Shown: in pieces, positions 19,068 through 28,948 of the stretch | Layout: each line of letters begins with the position of its first letter | Position numbering within the stretch: the stretch's first letter is position 1 | Assembly: GCA_018646985.1 (NCBI GenBank) | Contig: JABGTR010000022.1 | Location: 4,343-68,342 of the forward strand | Length of the DNA: 64,000 bases | Direction: 5' to 3' | DNA from: Minisyncoccota bacterium | Lineage (GTDB): Bacteria > Patescibacteriota > Microgenomatia > UBA1400 > PJMF01 | The notes under the pieces: model-generated | Told to the model about the DNA's origin: nothing | Seen by the model: the letters and a program-made list of their open reading frames with translations, nothing else | The model's database searches: none | Translations under genes and position numbers: made by a program

Positions 19068-19901
19068 TTATTGTGTCAATTGATCTTCATCAAGATCTTG
19101 CAAGTTCAATCCAAAAAGATCATCTAGACCACCACCCTGAATATTCTCTTGCACGTTAAAGGCAGGAAATGAGTAGTTACTAATCTCTTCAATTATCTCT
19201 TGTTCTTTGATACCTATGTCTGGTAGAGAAGAGCTCAACTTAGATGTCACGGATTGTGTGAAAAAATAAGTCTTAAGTACTACTTCTGCTTGAACTTCAT
19301 CCGAAGGCCTAATGATATTATCATTACTCTTAATATCAAGTGATAAGCTAGTAATAGTGGTTAGTGGAGATACTCTCTCTATATCCTCAAAAAAACTTTG
19401 AACATTACGAAACTCACCCAATATTTCTGCCTCTACCACCAAAGAGTCATAGCCTTCATTACTCACTTTTGGTTGCGCCTTCTTATTTTTAGAACTAGAC
19501 TTTGCTACTCCTAGAAACTCTGCACTTTCAGAAGCAATTTTCCCAGGAGAAAGACTTAAATCTACAAAAACCACATCATTTCTACCTGCAACGACATTTA
19601 GTGATGTCATTAACTCCAGCAATGGTTTTTTTGACGGTAAAATTAAGTTGACTAAATCCAAAGAATCATAAGCTTCCCTAGCCTCTATGTTTTCCAAATC
19701 ATTAGTTTTCTGTCGCAACACATTTACTTGATCTTGTTCAACAGAAATCTCTCTATTGAGATCAAACAATTTATTGACTTGAGTAGTAATACCTGAAAAA
19801 ACTATTATTAAAGATAAGACGGCACTTAATATAGACAGCAACAGATAACGACGATTAGTAAATAAAGATTTAAAATTAATCTCTGACTTATTATTGATCA
19901 T
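19068..19901 (-). CDS. Type IV pilus assembly protein PilO-like
   Basis: N-terminal TM plus coiled coil; GEFRNVQSFFEDIERVSPLTTI; follows pilM and the pilN-like gene. Confidence 0.7.
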   Translation of the reverse strand: MINNKSEINFKSLFTNRRYLLLSILSAVLSLIIVFSGITTQVNKLFDLNREISVEQDQVNVLRQKTNDLENIEAREAYDSLDLVNLILPSKKPLLELMTSLNVVAGRNDVVFVDLSLSPGKIASESAEFLGVAKSSSKNKKAQPKVSNEGYDSLVVEAEILGEFRNVQSFFEDIERVSPLTTITSLSLDIKSNDNIIRPSDEVQAEVVLKTYFFTQSVTSKLSSSLPDIGIKEQEIIEEISNYSFPAFNVQENIQGGGLDDLFGLNLQDLDEDQLTQ

Positions 19902-20449
19902 TCTTTTTTTCCCATCACTACTGTGACTTGCATTTGATAAACCCCACTCGTTGTTCTTTGAAGATTACTCTTGGATAAAGATGAAAACTTTTCGATTGAT
20001 TGTTGATTAGATAGTAACTCAAACACATTTTCTAAAGAAAAAATATCCGCAGACATAAGGCGAAAAGTAAGTAGTTGCGAATTTGCATCATAAACAATCC
20101 TCTCAATGGTCACATCATCGCCAAATATTTGAGAGAAATAACTAATTGCTTCCTGTTTGTCTTTCCTTTTTTGAAAAATATTACTCAAAACCCTGAGTTT
20201 GTTAACAAATAAAACAAATGTCTTCTCCCTTTCTTCTTGTTTTTTAATACGACTTAAATAGTTATTTTGATTGCTTTTAATTTCATTGAGCTGAGAAGTT
20301 AAGTAAATTTTATAACCTAAGACTACAGCCAACATTAATAACAAAGCAGAAGTAATAATAGCTGAAATTCTAAAAACTTCTTGATCTCTCTCTTCAATTT
20401 TTGTCAGCTTCTTAATTCGCTGACGAACAAAATTAATATCTGCCATCAT
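19898..20449 (-). CDS. Type IV pilus assembly protein PilN-like
   Basis: N-terminal DINF (cf. PilN INLL), TM, coiled coil; directly downstream of pilM. Confidence 0.65.
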   Translation of the reverse strand: MMADINFVRQRIKKLTKIEERDQEVFRISAIITSALLLMLAVVLGYKIYLTSQLNEIKSNQNNYLSRIKKQEEREKTFVLFVNKLRVLSNIFQKRKDKQEAISYFSQIFGDDVTIERIVYDANSQLLTFRLMSADIFSLENVFELLSNQQSIEKFSSLSKSNLQRTTSGVYQMQVTVVMGKKE

Positions 20450-21462
20450 TAAAGCTCCTCACGTGCCATTAGCCCCATACAGACAGTCCAAGTGGGATGA
20501 TTAGCTTCAGGAATCATGCCAGTAACATTTGAAAAAGGGGCCGCTACCAATACCTCTACACCTACCTCCTGGGTAATGTATTGAACTAGCCCAGGTAATA
20601 GAGTAGGGCCACCAGACAGGAGGATACGCTGTGCATTTACACCTGGGTATTGATTTACAAAGAATGTCATTGCTTTTCTAATTTCATTAACCATGATTTG
20701 CACTACTGGGAGCAAGGCCGCCTTAACTTTCCCCTCAAACTGATTTTCATCTAATCCATATGCTCGCTTATATTCTTCTGCCTGTTGAGCACTTAAATTT
20801 ATCTGCCTTTCCAAAGATTGTGTTAGGGCATGACCTCCAGTCATTTGAGAAGTTATAAATCTGAGTTCTCCCTCATAAACCATTGCCAACTGGGTATTGC
20901 TTGCACCCATCTGAAGCACTAACGTAGGTGGTTCTTGTTTTTCAATATCTAATGCTCTCAGCACAGACAGCATCTGTGTCTCTAGTAATTTTGGCTCAAT
21001 CCCTAGTGTTAAAAATACATTTGTATATCTCTCTACCAAATCCTTATGGACCCCAACTAAAAGGACTCTCATTTTCTCATCGTTTTTATTTTCTTTACTA
21101 GGTCTATGTAGAACCTGATACTGCAAAGATAGCTGATCTGGAGGAATAGGAATGTGTTGCTCTGCCTGCCAACCAATTGCAGAGGCTAGCTCCGCATCAC
21201 TTAAAGTAGGTAGTTCAATAATATTGGTAGAGACAACTGACTCAGGCAAGCTCAACCTCACATCATTTCGGGGTAGTTTATTGTCAGCTATTATCGATTC
21301 TATTAAATCAACAAATTTCTGCATTAAAGCCTCGTCACTGGGAATAGAAACCCCGAGTGGATTAAAAACTTCAACGAATCGCTCAACCTCTATTTTTTTT
21401 CCAGGATTACCGCTAATAGCTTTAATAGCATAAGTACCGATATCTAAAGAAAGGGCAGACAT
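20449..21462 (-). CDS. pilM: Type IV pilus assembly protein PilM
   Basis: Actin-like fold: LDIGTYAIK, WQAEQHIPIP, ILLSGG, WTVCMGLMAR. Confidence 0.9.
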   Translation of the reverse strand: MSALSLDIGTYAIKAISGNPGKKIEVERFVEVFNPLGVSIPSDEALMQKFVDLIESIIADNKLPRNDVRLSLPESVVSTNIIELPTLSDAELASAIGWQAEQHIPIPPDQLSLQYQVLHRPSKENKNDEKMRVLLVGVHKDLVERYTNVFLTLGIEPKLLETQMLSVLRALDIEKQEPPTLVLQMGASNTQLAMVYEGELRFITSQMTGGHALTQSLERQINLSAQQAEEYKRAYGLDENQFEGKVKAALLPVVQIMVNEIRKAMTFFVNQYPGVNAQRILLSGGPTLLPGLVQYITQEVGVEVLVAAPFSNVTGMIPEANHPTWTVCMGLMAREEL

Positions 21463-21484
21463 ATTTATAGTTTAGCGTAAGATT

Positions 21485-22267
21485 CTACTTAGATAAAGAT
21501 CCACCGCTATAAACTGCATAATCTAATATTGATGGTGCAGACTTAATAGTTCTATTAACCTCGACAACTCTAGTTTCATTGCTTTCGGTGTTAGCTGCTT
21601 CTGATCTGATTGAGTAATATTGAACAGGCATCGTAAAATCACTACTTGAAACTTTAATGAAGGTATCGTTATAAACCGTTTTCACCCTAACTAAAAAATC
21701 GTCTGCCTGAAGGGGTAAATTGTAGCGTCTATGATAGCCATTTTCATCAATTACAGAACTAGTGGTAAAACCATCGCTATTATCACAACCACCAATAGCC
21801 CCATACCTGACCTTAGTCACTCCTGCATCATCGTAGTAAATAGAAACAATCAGGGAAGCCAGTGTCTCAGTGTTGCAATCCGATAATCTCGACCAATCAA
21901 TCTGCAGCTCATTACCATCACTCACACCAGTCACATCCACTCCAGCTGAAATCCCTTCAAACAATCTAGTTTCTAGTACATTAACTTTCTCGACAGAGTA
22001 ATTAACTCCCACCCCAACTACAGAATCAACAATTCCGCTATAAAGATTATCGACAAACTCTAAGCCCCCCAGATCTTCAGAAAGAGCATCTTCGATGCCC
22101 TGCTCAGCTGCATTAAAAACTCGAGATGACTCAACCTCTTTGCCAGATAACAAAGCTTCCTGTGTAGTTCTAGAGGCTAGTGACAAGCCCATGGTTAACA
22201 TACCAGTCATAGTTAATAGAACAATCACTCCAACTTGACCAGATTCACGATTAAAACTAAATCTCAT
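21485..22267 (-). CDS. PilX-like minor pilin
   Basis: ESG|QVGVIVLL hydrophobic N-terminus; RVFNAAEQGIEDAL (PilX N-terminal pattern). Confidence 0.75.
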   Translation of the reverse strand: MRFSFNRESGQVGVIVLLTMTGMLTMGLSLASRTTQEALLSGKEVESSRVFNAAEQGIEDALSEDLGGLEFVDNLYSGIVDSVVGVGVNYSVEKVNVLETRLFEGISAGVDVTGVSDGNELQIDWSRLSDCNTETLASLIVSIYYDDAGVTKVRYGAIGGCDNSDGFTTSSVIDENGYHRRYNLPLQADDFLVRVKTVYNDTFIKVSSSDFTMPVQYYSIRSEAANTESNETRVVEVNRTIKSAPSILDYAVYSGGSLSK

Positions 22268-22329
22268 ATGATTCCATCATAAGAAACTTCTGGCTCTACT
22301 GCAACTGCGATCGTGCTAGACTCGTTTAT

Positions 22330-22854
22330 ATGAGTATTAAAGAAAAAAGTGGGTTCACCCTCATAGAACTACTAATAGTAACCTCTATTACAGTCATCTT
22401 GTTGCTCTCAGCCTCAGTTTTATTTATGACTTTTTTAATCAGTAATAGCAAAATAAATAGCGAACAACTGGTCAAACAGGAGGGACAACACGCTTTGAGT
22501 CAAATAGAGTTTTTATTAAGAAATGCTTTAGAAATCTTACCAAATGAATTGGGCCAAGAGTGTGAATTGGGTATGACAGAGATTAAATTCTTTTCTATAG
22601 ACGGTGGAACTACCTCACTGAAAAAAGAAGATGTTGATGGTAATAATAAAATCGCTTCTAATTCTAGCTACCTTACTTCAAGCACAGTCGAGATTACTGA
22701 CGGGCCAACATTTAACTGTACTCAGGACAATGATGAGAGTCATCCTCATATAAATATCAGCTTCACCCTCAGAAAAGGCACTCCAGGACTAGATCGAGAT
22801 CGAGATATAGTGGAGGAGATATTTACTAGTAGCACTACGGTGCGTAGCTTATAG
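22330..22854 (+). CDS. Prepilin-type minor pilin (PilW-like), opposite strand to the cluster
   Basis: KSG|FTLIELLI class III signal. Confidence 0.85.
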   Translation: MSIKEKSGFTLIELLIVTSITVILLLSASVLFMTFLISNSKINSEQLVKQEGQHALSQIEFLLRNALEILPNELGQECELGMTEIKFFSIDGGTTSLKKEDVDGNNKIASNSSYLTSSTVEITDGPTFNCTQDNDESHPHINISFTLRKGTPGLDRDRDIVEEIFTSSTTVRSL

Positions 22855-22862
22855 AAGCTTAT

Positions 22863-23321
22863 TTAATTTATCTCTTTGAAGGTTTGCTCTGCTTCAACTT
22901 GTTTTTCCAAATTACCATCCATCCAAGTAACTATTGATTCAACCTTTACCTCATCAGCTAAAATAGTCAAAATTGCCTCGCGACCATAGGTTGTCCCAAC
23001 TATAACTTCTTCATCGCCGCACTCTCCTGGACTAGAAGCAACAAAACTAGCTGAGTCAGCTGGCAATGTATTAAAACAATAAGTATCATCCACCAAAGAA
23101 GATTGAAATGAGCTCCAACCCAATGCATATCTTTCTCGCTGGAAAACTTCAAGCGTCTCCTGAGCAAAGCTGGCTGCCATACTTCTTTTTTTATTTTCAC
23201 TAGTGTTTTTAGCTGACATACTAACACTAGCTGCAATCGCTGTTAAAACAGTTGCCACTACTACTGTTACTAAAATAACCTCGATCAAACTCTGCCCAGA
23301 CTGTTGTTTGCTTTTTTTCAT
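22863..23321 (-). CDS. Prepilin-type minor pilin (PilV-like)
   Basis: QSG|QSLIEVIL signal. Confidence 0.8.
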   Translation of the reverse strand: MKKSKQQSGQSLIEVILVTVVVATVLTAIAASVSMSAKNTSENKKRSMAASFAQETLEVFQRERYALGWSSFQSSLVDDTYCFNTLPADSASFVASSPGECGDEEVIVGTTYGREAILTILADEVKVESIVTWMDGNLEKQVEAEQTFKEIN

Positions 23322-23327
23322 AAATAT

Positions 23328-23822
23328 TTAAAGAAAATCCCCTTGGGTGATCTCTCCTCCTTGAGTAACTTCGAAGCTATAGGTTCTATCTGCTGCGCCA
23401 ACTACTTCGATTGTGCCTGAGCCAATCACTCCACCGTGTAGACCCAAAAAAGTTATGTTTATATCACTACTCAGTGTGGTAGATTCTGGCAATAAAAAAC
23501 TATCCTTTTCAATGCTTTCTTCCACGCCACCAGTAGAACAAACGGCCAATATCTTAATCTCTTTTACCGTGCCAGCATCTGAACTAGTCACCTTATAACC
23601 GACCAACTTGTCACAACCGGCGGGGGACTCTCCAACTCTAACTAGAGTTTGGGCTGTCCTCAAATAGCTTCGTAGCTCTTTACTTCCATTTAAAACTTGT
23701 TGCTTATCATTAAAATTTAAAAACGCAGCAATCCCTCCACCAGTAATTAAAACTAAAATTCCAATTGAAACAATTAACTCAATTAAAGTAAATCCAAGTG
23801 ACTGTTTTTTTTGCATAATCAA
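23328..23822 (-). CDS. Prepilin-type minor pilin (FimT/GspH-like)
   Basis: LG|FTLIELIV signal; LRSYLRTAQ. Confidence 0.82.
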   Translation of the reverse strand: MIMQKKQSLGFTLIELIVSIGILVLITGGGIAAFLNFNDKQQVLNGSKELRSYLRTAQTLVRVGESPAGCDKLVGYKVTSSDAGTVKEIKILAVCSTGGVEESIEKDSFLLPESTTLSSDINITFLGLHGGVIGSGTIEVVGAADRTYSFEVTQGGEITQGDFL

Positions 23823-24193
23823 GGATTATAGATATAGTAGTATTCTGATCCAGAACTAAGCTCTATATCGGCTCGCAAAGTAAACACAGCTCCATCAGAG
23901 CTGTAATAATAATCATAGGTGGGTGATTTTGGATCAGTTAAAGAATTAAAGCTAATGTATTCACTAATTGCTATCAGCATCAGATCAAAGCTAGCGCTAT
24001 CAGGATACTCGTCAGTATCATTTCTGTACAAAACCAAAGCTTGCCTAACCGACTCGAGATCAGACTTTCTTTTTGCGTTACGACTACTTCGGCTGGCTTG
24101 TCGATAACTTACTAGACCAATTGTCATCAAAACAATGATAATGGTTGTCGTTACTAGCAACTCAATTAATGTGAATCCAAATTGTTTTTTCAT
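23819..24193 (-). CDS. Pilin / GspG-like pseudopilin
   Basis: FG|FTLIELLV; SRNAKRKSDLESVRQALVLY; DPK. Confidence 0.85.
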   Translation of the reverse strand: MKKQFGFTLIELLVTTTIIIVLMTIGLVSYRQASRSSRNAKRKSDLESVRQALVLYRNDTDEYPDSASFDLMLIAISEYISFNSLTDPKSPTYDYYYSSDGAVFTLRADIELSSGSEYYYIYNP

Positions 24194-24201
24194 AATTACC
24201 T

Positions 24202-25110
24202 TTATTGTCCTTTCACTAACACTAACATGTTCATGATTGGTAGATCCACGGCTGAAATACCCTGACTGTTCTTGGCTGATAGTTTAACCGAGTAAGAACA
24301 TTCTTTCTTTGAGCACTGATAATCGTGAGTAAAGGTTTGGCTATCTTTATAAAAAGAATCAACCTGGCCATCTCCATAGTTGACCTCCACAGCAACCGAG
24401 TCAGTCAGACCAGAGTCGATCACAAAACTAAAGGTAATACTTTCTCCATTGTTAATAGTTACTGATCTATCTTTTAAGTTTAAGAATGGTTGAGTATTGA
24501 AAGACAATATAATTGGTCTATCTTCACAACTACTAAAACATGTCTTGGGACAATCTAGAGAGCCGCTAAACTGCTCCCCAGAACCTTGCTCAGACTCATA
24601 CCTACAACAAGAAAAACCATAACCAGCGCATGATGTGATCGGTCCAACTCCCAGCTCACTATCAGTAGAGAATGAGGTGATGACTCGATCTTCAACGCCA
24701 ATTGATCTCTGTTTTTTAAACGCCTCCAAAGCTATTCCACTCCGAGTGTCACCCCAGATGATGCCTGTCTGACCAGCAACTTTTTTAATAAACATCGGCA
24801 ACTGCACTCGTTCAAGTAGAATCGGATCAATACTAAACTGGCTACATAATACTTCTAGAACATACTCGTTGTCTGAGACAAATCTTAACTGCATCACTGC
24901 GGGGTCATCTCCATCAATAAAAACTGAACCTTTTTCTTTACACTTAGTAAAATAACTTTTTTGAACTGAAGCACTACGTAAAGTTGATAAAGAACTCTTT
25001 ACTTTACTAACCCCCATAAACATCAGAATTTCTCTAGCTAGTAAAAATCCAACTGAGACTAGTATCGCAGTTGAAAGAACTGATTTAAAAATAAATTTAA
25101 TAATTCTCAT
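24202..25110 (-). CDS. Membrane-anchored Cys-rich protein with C-terminal PKD-like domain
   Basis: N-terminal TM; Cys cluster SCAGYGFSCC...DCPKTCFSSC; VNYGDGQ...HDY...YSVKLSAKNSQG. Confidence 0.6.
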   Translation of the reverse strand: MRIIKFIFKSVLSTAILVSVGFLLAREILMFMGVSKVKSSLSTLRSASVQKSYFTKCKEKGSVFIDGDDPAVMQLRFVSDNEYVLEVLCSQFSIDPILLERVQLPMFIKKVAGQTGIIWGDTRSGIALEAFKKQRSIGVEDRVITSFSTDSELGVGPITSCAGYGFSCCRYESEQGSGEQFSGSLDCPKTCFSSCEDRPIILSFNTQPFLNLKDRSVTINNGESITFSFVIDSGLTDSVAVEVNYGDGQVDSFYKDSQTFTHDYQCSKKECSYSVKLSAKNSQGISAVDLPIMNMLVLVKGQ

Positions 25111-25121
25111 AATTTATTCAC

Positions 25122-25931
25122 CTATAGCCAATGCATGTACCAGCTAAATATAGCATCTCCCCAAAATAAACTCACTACAGCTCCGAGAATAATAAACGGA
25201 CCAAAAGGAATTACCTGCCCAACTCTTTTTTTACCTAGAATCAGCAAAATAACTCCAGAAATTCCACCAATTATAAATGAAAAAAACAAACCAACCAGTA
25301 TCTTGGGCCAGCCTAATAAAAGTGCTATCGGTGCCATTAGCTTCACATCACCAAAACCCATGCCCTTGCCTTTAGTTAGGGCCCATAAACCACCTATAAA
25401 AGCTACTGCTATCAACATACCAACAAGTGCCAAATATAGATCTTGTGGCTGCATGATCGAAGCTGAAGTTAGATATATTCGATAAAATAGGGTCAACAAA
25501 AATAATGCACCCACAGCCAAGTCTGGAATAATCATGTGCATTAAATCAGCGAAGAAAATAGTTAACAATAAAATTCCCACCAACAACCAAAAAAGAGGTT
25601 GTAAAACTTGAAATGGAGCAGTGGTTAATCTAAAAAAAACAAAACCTATCCCATACCACCACACGAATAATGAGCCAGTGACAAACTCCACAAACGGGTA
25701 TGAAATGGGAATCCGTTTCTTACAACAACGGGACTTTCCACCAAGTAATAGAAAGGATAAGATAGGCATGTTGTCATACCAAGCAATTTTTTTCTGACAA
25801 TGATCACAGTGAGAACGACCACTCACCCAAGACTCACCTCTAACAGTTCTGTAAATAAGAACATTCAAAAAACTGCCCACAGCAGACCCTAAAATAAATA
25901 AGAAAAAGCTAAAGAAAACTAGACTGCCCAT
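25122..25931 (-). CDS. pilD: Prepilin peptidase
   Basis: GSFLNVLIYR, RSHCDHC, GMGFGDVKL, IPFGPF. Confidence 0.93.
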   Translation of the reverse strand: MGSLVFFSFFLFILGSAVGSFLNVLIYRTVRGESWVSGRSHCDHCQKKIAWYDNMPILSFLLLGGKSRCCKKRIPISYPFVEFVTGSLFVWWYGIGFVFFRLTTAPFQVLQPLFWLLVGILLLTIFFADLMHMIIPDLAVGALFLLTLFYRIYLTSASIMQPQDLYLALVGMLIAVAFIGGLWALTKGKGMGFGDVKLMAPIALLLGWPKILVGLFFSFIIGGISGVILLILGKKRVGQVIPFGPFIILGAVVSLFWGDAIFSWYMHWL

Positions 25932-25990
25932 TATATTTTAATCATATCAGAAGCTTGAGATAGAGTAGAGTATTAAGATGAGAATTTCAA

Positions 25991-26608
25991 CTAAGGTAAA
26001 CAAATCAGGTCGTCAGTCCCACCACCGATGTCGCAAACGGCAACTCCGGCGATAGGAGTGGTTGTTGTCCCATCAGTGCAATTGTCTTCTGCTTCTTGAA
26101 CAAAAGCCTTGGAAGTAGGCATAAAACAGGCATACATAGTTTCATTATAACCTGCAGATTTACCTATAAATAACTTATTATCATCTTTAAGACGATTGGT
26201 GAAACCTTCCTTTACTTCAGATGTAGAAACTAAGACATCCACCCAGTCCCAATCTGTATAAGTCACAGCCAACCCATGCTCAGTGATCAAAGTAGAAGCA
26301 GCTCCAACGAAGTCAATCGCTGCATTAGGCAGATCTAACAAAGCTACAGGAGCAGTATAATCAGGTGCATTAGTCACATTCCAAGGATATTTTTCATGGA
26401 TAGCATAATACCTATCAATGGCATTAATTAGCTGAGCTGCATCTGAACGAGTCCGAGTGTCTCGACCTTTGTTAATCTGTTCGATTGGATTAATAGAAGA
26501 GAGGACTGCCACTGCCAATACACCAATTACGGCGATTACCACTAACAACTCGATCATGGTGAAACCAGCTTTAGAAGTAAAAGATAGAATTTTGGACAGT
26601 TTTTTCAT
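25991..26608 (-). CDS. Type IV pilin (probable major pilin)
   Basis: KAG|FTMIELLVVIAVIGVLA; INPIEQINKGRD; C-terminal Cys residues; ATG at 26608. Confidence 0.85.
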   Translation of the reverse strand: MKKLSKILSFTSKAGFTMIELLVVIAVIGVLAVAVLSSINPIEQINKGRDTRTRSDAAQLINAIDRYYAIHEKYPWNVTNAPDYTAPVALLDLPNAAIDFVGAASTLITEHGLAVTYTDWDWVDVLVSTSEVKEGFTNRLKDDNKLFIGKSAGYNETMYACFMPTSKAFVQEAEDNCTDGTTTTPIAGVAVCDIGGGTDDLICLP

Positions 26609-26683
26609 AAACAACTTTAAATAATATATATTAACTTTACAACAGCTCTCACTTGACACGCAAGTACCTATCAGTCTGACAGT

Positions 26684-27886
26684 CTAAAACTGACTCGTCA
26701 AGCTATAGATCGGCATAATAATGGCTACCACCATTACACCTACGCTCAAACCCAAAACAATCATAATTGCTGGTTCAAGGGCAGTTGTTAAATTCTTGAC
26801 TGCTTGCTCACTCTCAGTCTCAAAGTAAATGGAAAGCTTCAATAGAATTTCATCAAGTTTACCAGTCTCTTCTCCTACTGAAGTCATCTGATATAAAATT
26901 GGCGGGAAAGTCTCACTGGCACTCAAAGCCTGAGACATCGGAATGCCTTTTTCCACTTTTTTAGCAACGGCTTCCAGTGAATCACGATAGTTGATGCTCT
27001 CAATCGCTTCAGAAACAATCCTTAAAGCGCTGATCAATGAGACTCCGGCGCTTAGTAGTAAAGACAAAGTTCTAGCAAACTCAGTCACAATAACTTTTTC
27101 TTTCAACTCACCAAAAACAGGTATTTTAAGTAAAAAACGATCAAAAGAACGATCTCCCGCCTCTGTCTTTCTCCAACTCCTGAACAAAAACCCACCAGCT
27201 ACCATAAAAGAGATCATTGCCCACCAGTATTTTACAAAAACATCTGATATATCAATTAATAATTGAGTAACAAATGGTAGGTCAGCACCAAAATCTTGAT
27301 ACATCTCAGTTAGCTTAGGAATAACAACCACCATCATTACAAAACCAACACCCAACATGGCGGTAACAATGATTGCTGGATAAATTAAAGCACCCTTAGT
27401 TTTGCCTCTAAATTCTTTTTGTTTTTCCAATGTATCAGCTAGACGAGACAGTATTTCATCGATTACACCACCAGCTTCACCAGCTCTAATGAGCTGGACA
27501 TAAACCCGTGAAAAAACTTTTGGTTTTTTCTCTAATGCCTGAGAGAAGGTCTTGCCACCCTCAATGTCTCTTAAGAGTTCATTAATTAATATTGAGACTT
27601 CCGATCGCCCTTGTTCAGCCAATATTGATAGAGAAGTACTCAGAGGCAATCCGGCTGTAATCATGGTTGAAAGCTGGCGAGTCATATTAACAACATCATC
27701 CTCTTTAATGCCAGAGGTCATGTTCTTAATAAAAGTGAAAGATCCTTGTTCAAGTGGGGCAATGTTAATCACTAATAAGCTACGGCTAGCTAGAATTGAG
27801 GCAGCCACACTAATACTCCTGGCCTCAACCTTACCCTTTACAGTTTCGCTATGTTCGTTCTTAGCCGTATATTTAAAAAAAGGCAT
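26684..27886 (-). CDS. pilC: Type IV pilus platform protein PilC (T2SS F family)
   Basis: TRQLSTMITAGLPL, AGEAGG, ALIYP, VGEETGKLD, LEPAIM. Confidence 0.93.
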   Translation of the reverse strand: MPFFKYTAKNEHSETVKGKVEARSISVAASILASRSLLVINIAPLEQGSFTFIKNMTSGIKEDDVVNMTRQLSTMITAGLPLSTSLSILAEQGRSEVSILINELLRDIEGGKTFSQALEKKPKVFSRVYVQLIRAGEAGGVIDEILSRLADTLEKQKEFRGKTKGALIYPAIIVTAMLGVGFVMMVVVIPKLTEMYQDFGADLPFVTQLLIDISDVFVKYWWAMISFMVAGGFLFRSWRKTEAGDRSFDRFLLKIPVFGELKEKVIVTEFARTLSLLLSAGVSLISALRIVSEAIESINYRDSLEAVAKKVEKGIPMSQALSASETFPPILYQMTSVGEETGKLDEILLKLSIYFETESEQAVKNLTTALEPAIMIVLGLSVGVMVVAIIMPIYSLTSQF

Positions 27887-28944
27887 TATCTACCTTCCAT
27901 TAGTTGATCAAAAATATCTGGTCTAAAAGAGAAGTCTCTAGCTACTTCTTTAGACACAACTCCTTGCCTTACTTTGTCTACCAGTGAATTTTCCATCAGA
28001 ATCATCCCATCTGCACTAGAGGTCTGAATAACATTTTCCATTAAGTGAGTCTTAGATTCTCTAATCAAATTTTTAATCGCTGAATTAGCGATCAAAACTT
28101 CGGCAACTACAGTTTGAGCTCCATCTATGGTCGGCACTAGACGTTGAGAAACAACTGCTTTAATTGATCCAGCTAGTTGTTGCCTAATCTGACCCTGTTG
28201 ATTGGACGGAAAGACATCAATCATCCTATCCATAGTTTGTGAAGCAGTATTAGTATGAAGAGTTGTAAAAACTAAGTGACCAGTTTCAGCCACAGTAATA
28301 GCTGAAGCAATTGTCTCATAATCTCTAATCTCTCCCACCAATACAACATCTGGATCTTCCCTCATGGCGCTCCTCAAAGCTAAGCCCCAATCCTGAGTAT
28401 CTTGGTTCATCTCTCGCTGAGAAACAATACTTCTCTTTGATTCAAGAACAAACTCAATCGGGTCTTCAATCGTTAAAATGTGCTCTGATCGTTGTTGATT
28501 GATTTCATCAATAATAGCTGCCAAAGTTGTCGACTTTCCCTCACCTGTGGGACCAGTGACTAGGACTAAGCCTTGTTTATAAGCGGTAAATTGATGGAGA
28601 ATATCTGGTAACTTCAACTCATCAATACTCCTGATTTTTCGAGGAATTAATCTTAGGGCTGCTGCTAATGCCCCGTTAGCGTGATAGACATTAACTCTAA
28701 ACCTGCCATCGTCTCCAAACTGATAGCCAAAATCAATTTCTTTATGTAACTCAACATAATCTCGCTGCTCATTGTTTAATAGCGGGTTTATCAAAGCTAC
28801 AGTTTGTTCTGGAGTTAATCTGGGGGTGTTTTCAATCGCTTCCAGGTTACCATTGACTCTAAAGGTCGGCTGAGCTCCAGCGATAATATGCAGATCTGAT
28901 CCTTGCCGATCTACTAGTATTTTGAGCATGTCGTAGATATTCAT
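27886..28944 (-). CDS. pilT: Pilus retraction ATPase PilT
   Basis: SDLHI, GRFRVNVY, GPTGEGKSTT, TIEDPIE, REDPDVVLVGEIRD, AETGHLVFTTLHT. Confidence 0.94.
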   Translation of the reverse strand: MNIYDMLKILVDRQGSDLHIIAGAQPTFRVNGNLEAIENTPRLTPEQTVALINPLLNNEQRDYVELHKEIDFGYQFGDDGRFRVNVYHANGALAAALRLIPRKIRSIDELKLPDILHQFTAYKQGLVLVTGPTGEGKSTTLAAIIDEINQQRSEHILTIEDPIEFVLESKRSIVSQREMNQDTQDWGLALRSAMREDPDVVLVGEIRDYETIASAITVAETGHLVFTTLHTNTASQTMDRMIDVFPSNQQGQIRQQLAGSIKAVVSQRLVPTIDGAQTVVAEVLIANSAIKNLIRESKTHLMENVIQTSSADGMILMENSLVDKVRQGVVSKEVARDFSFRPDIFDQLMEGR

Positions 28945-28948
28945 ATGT

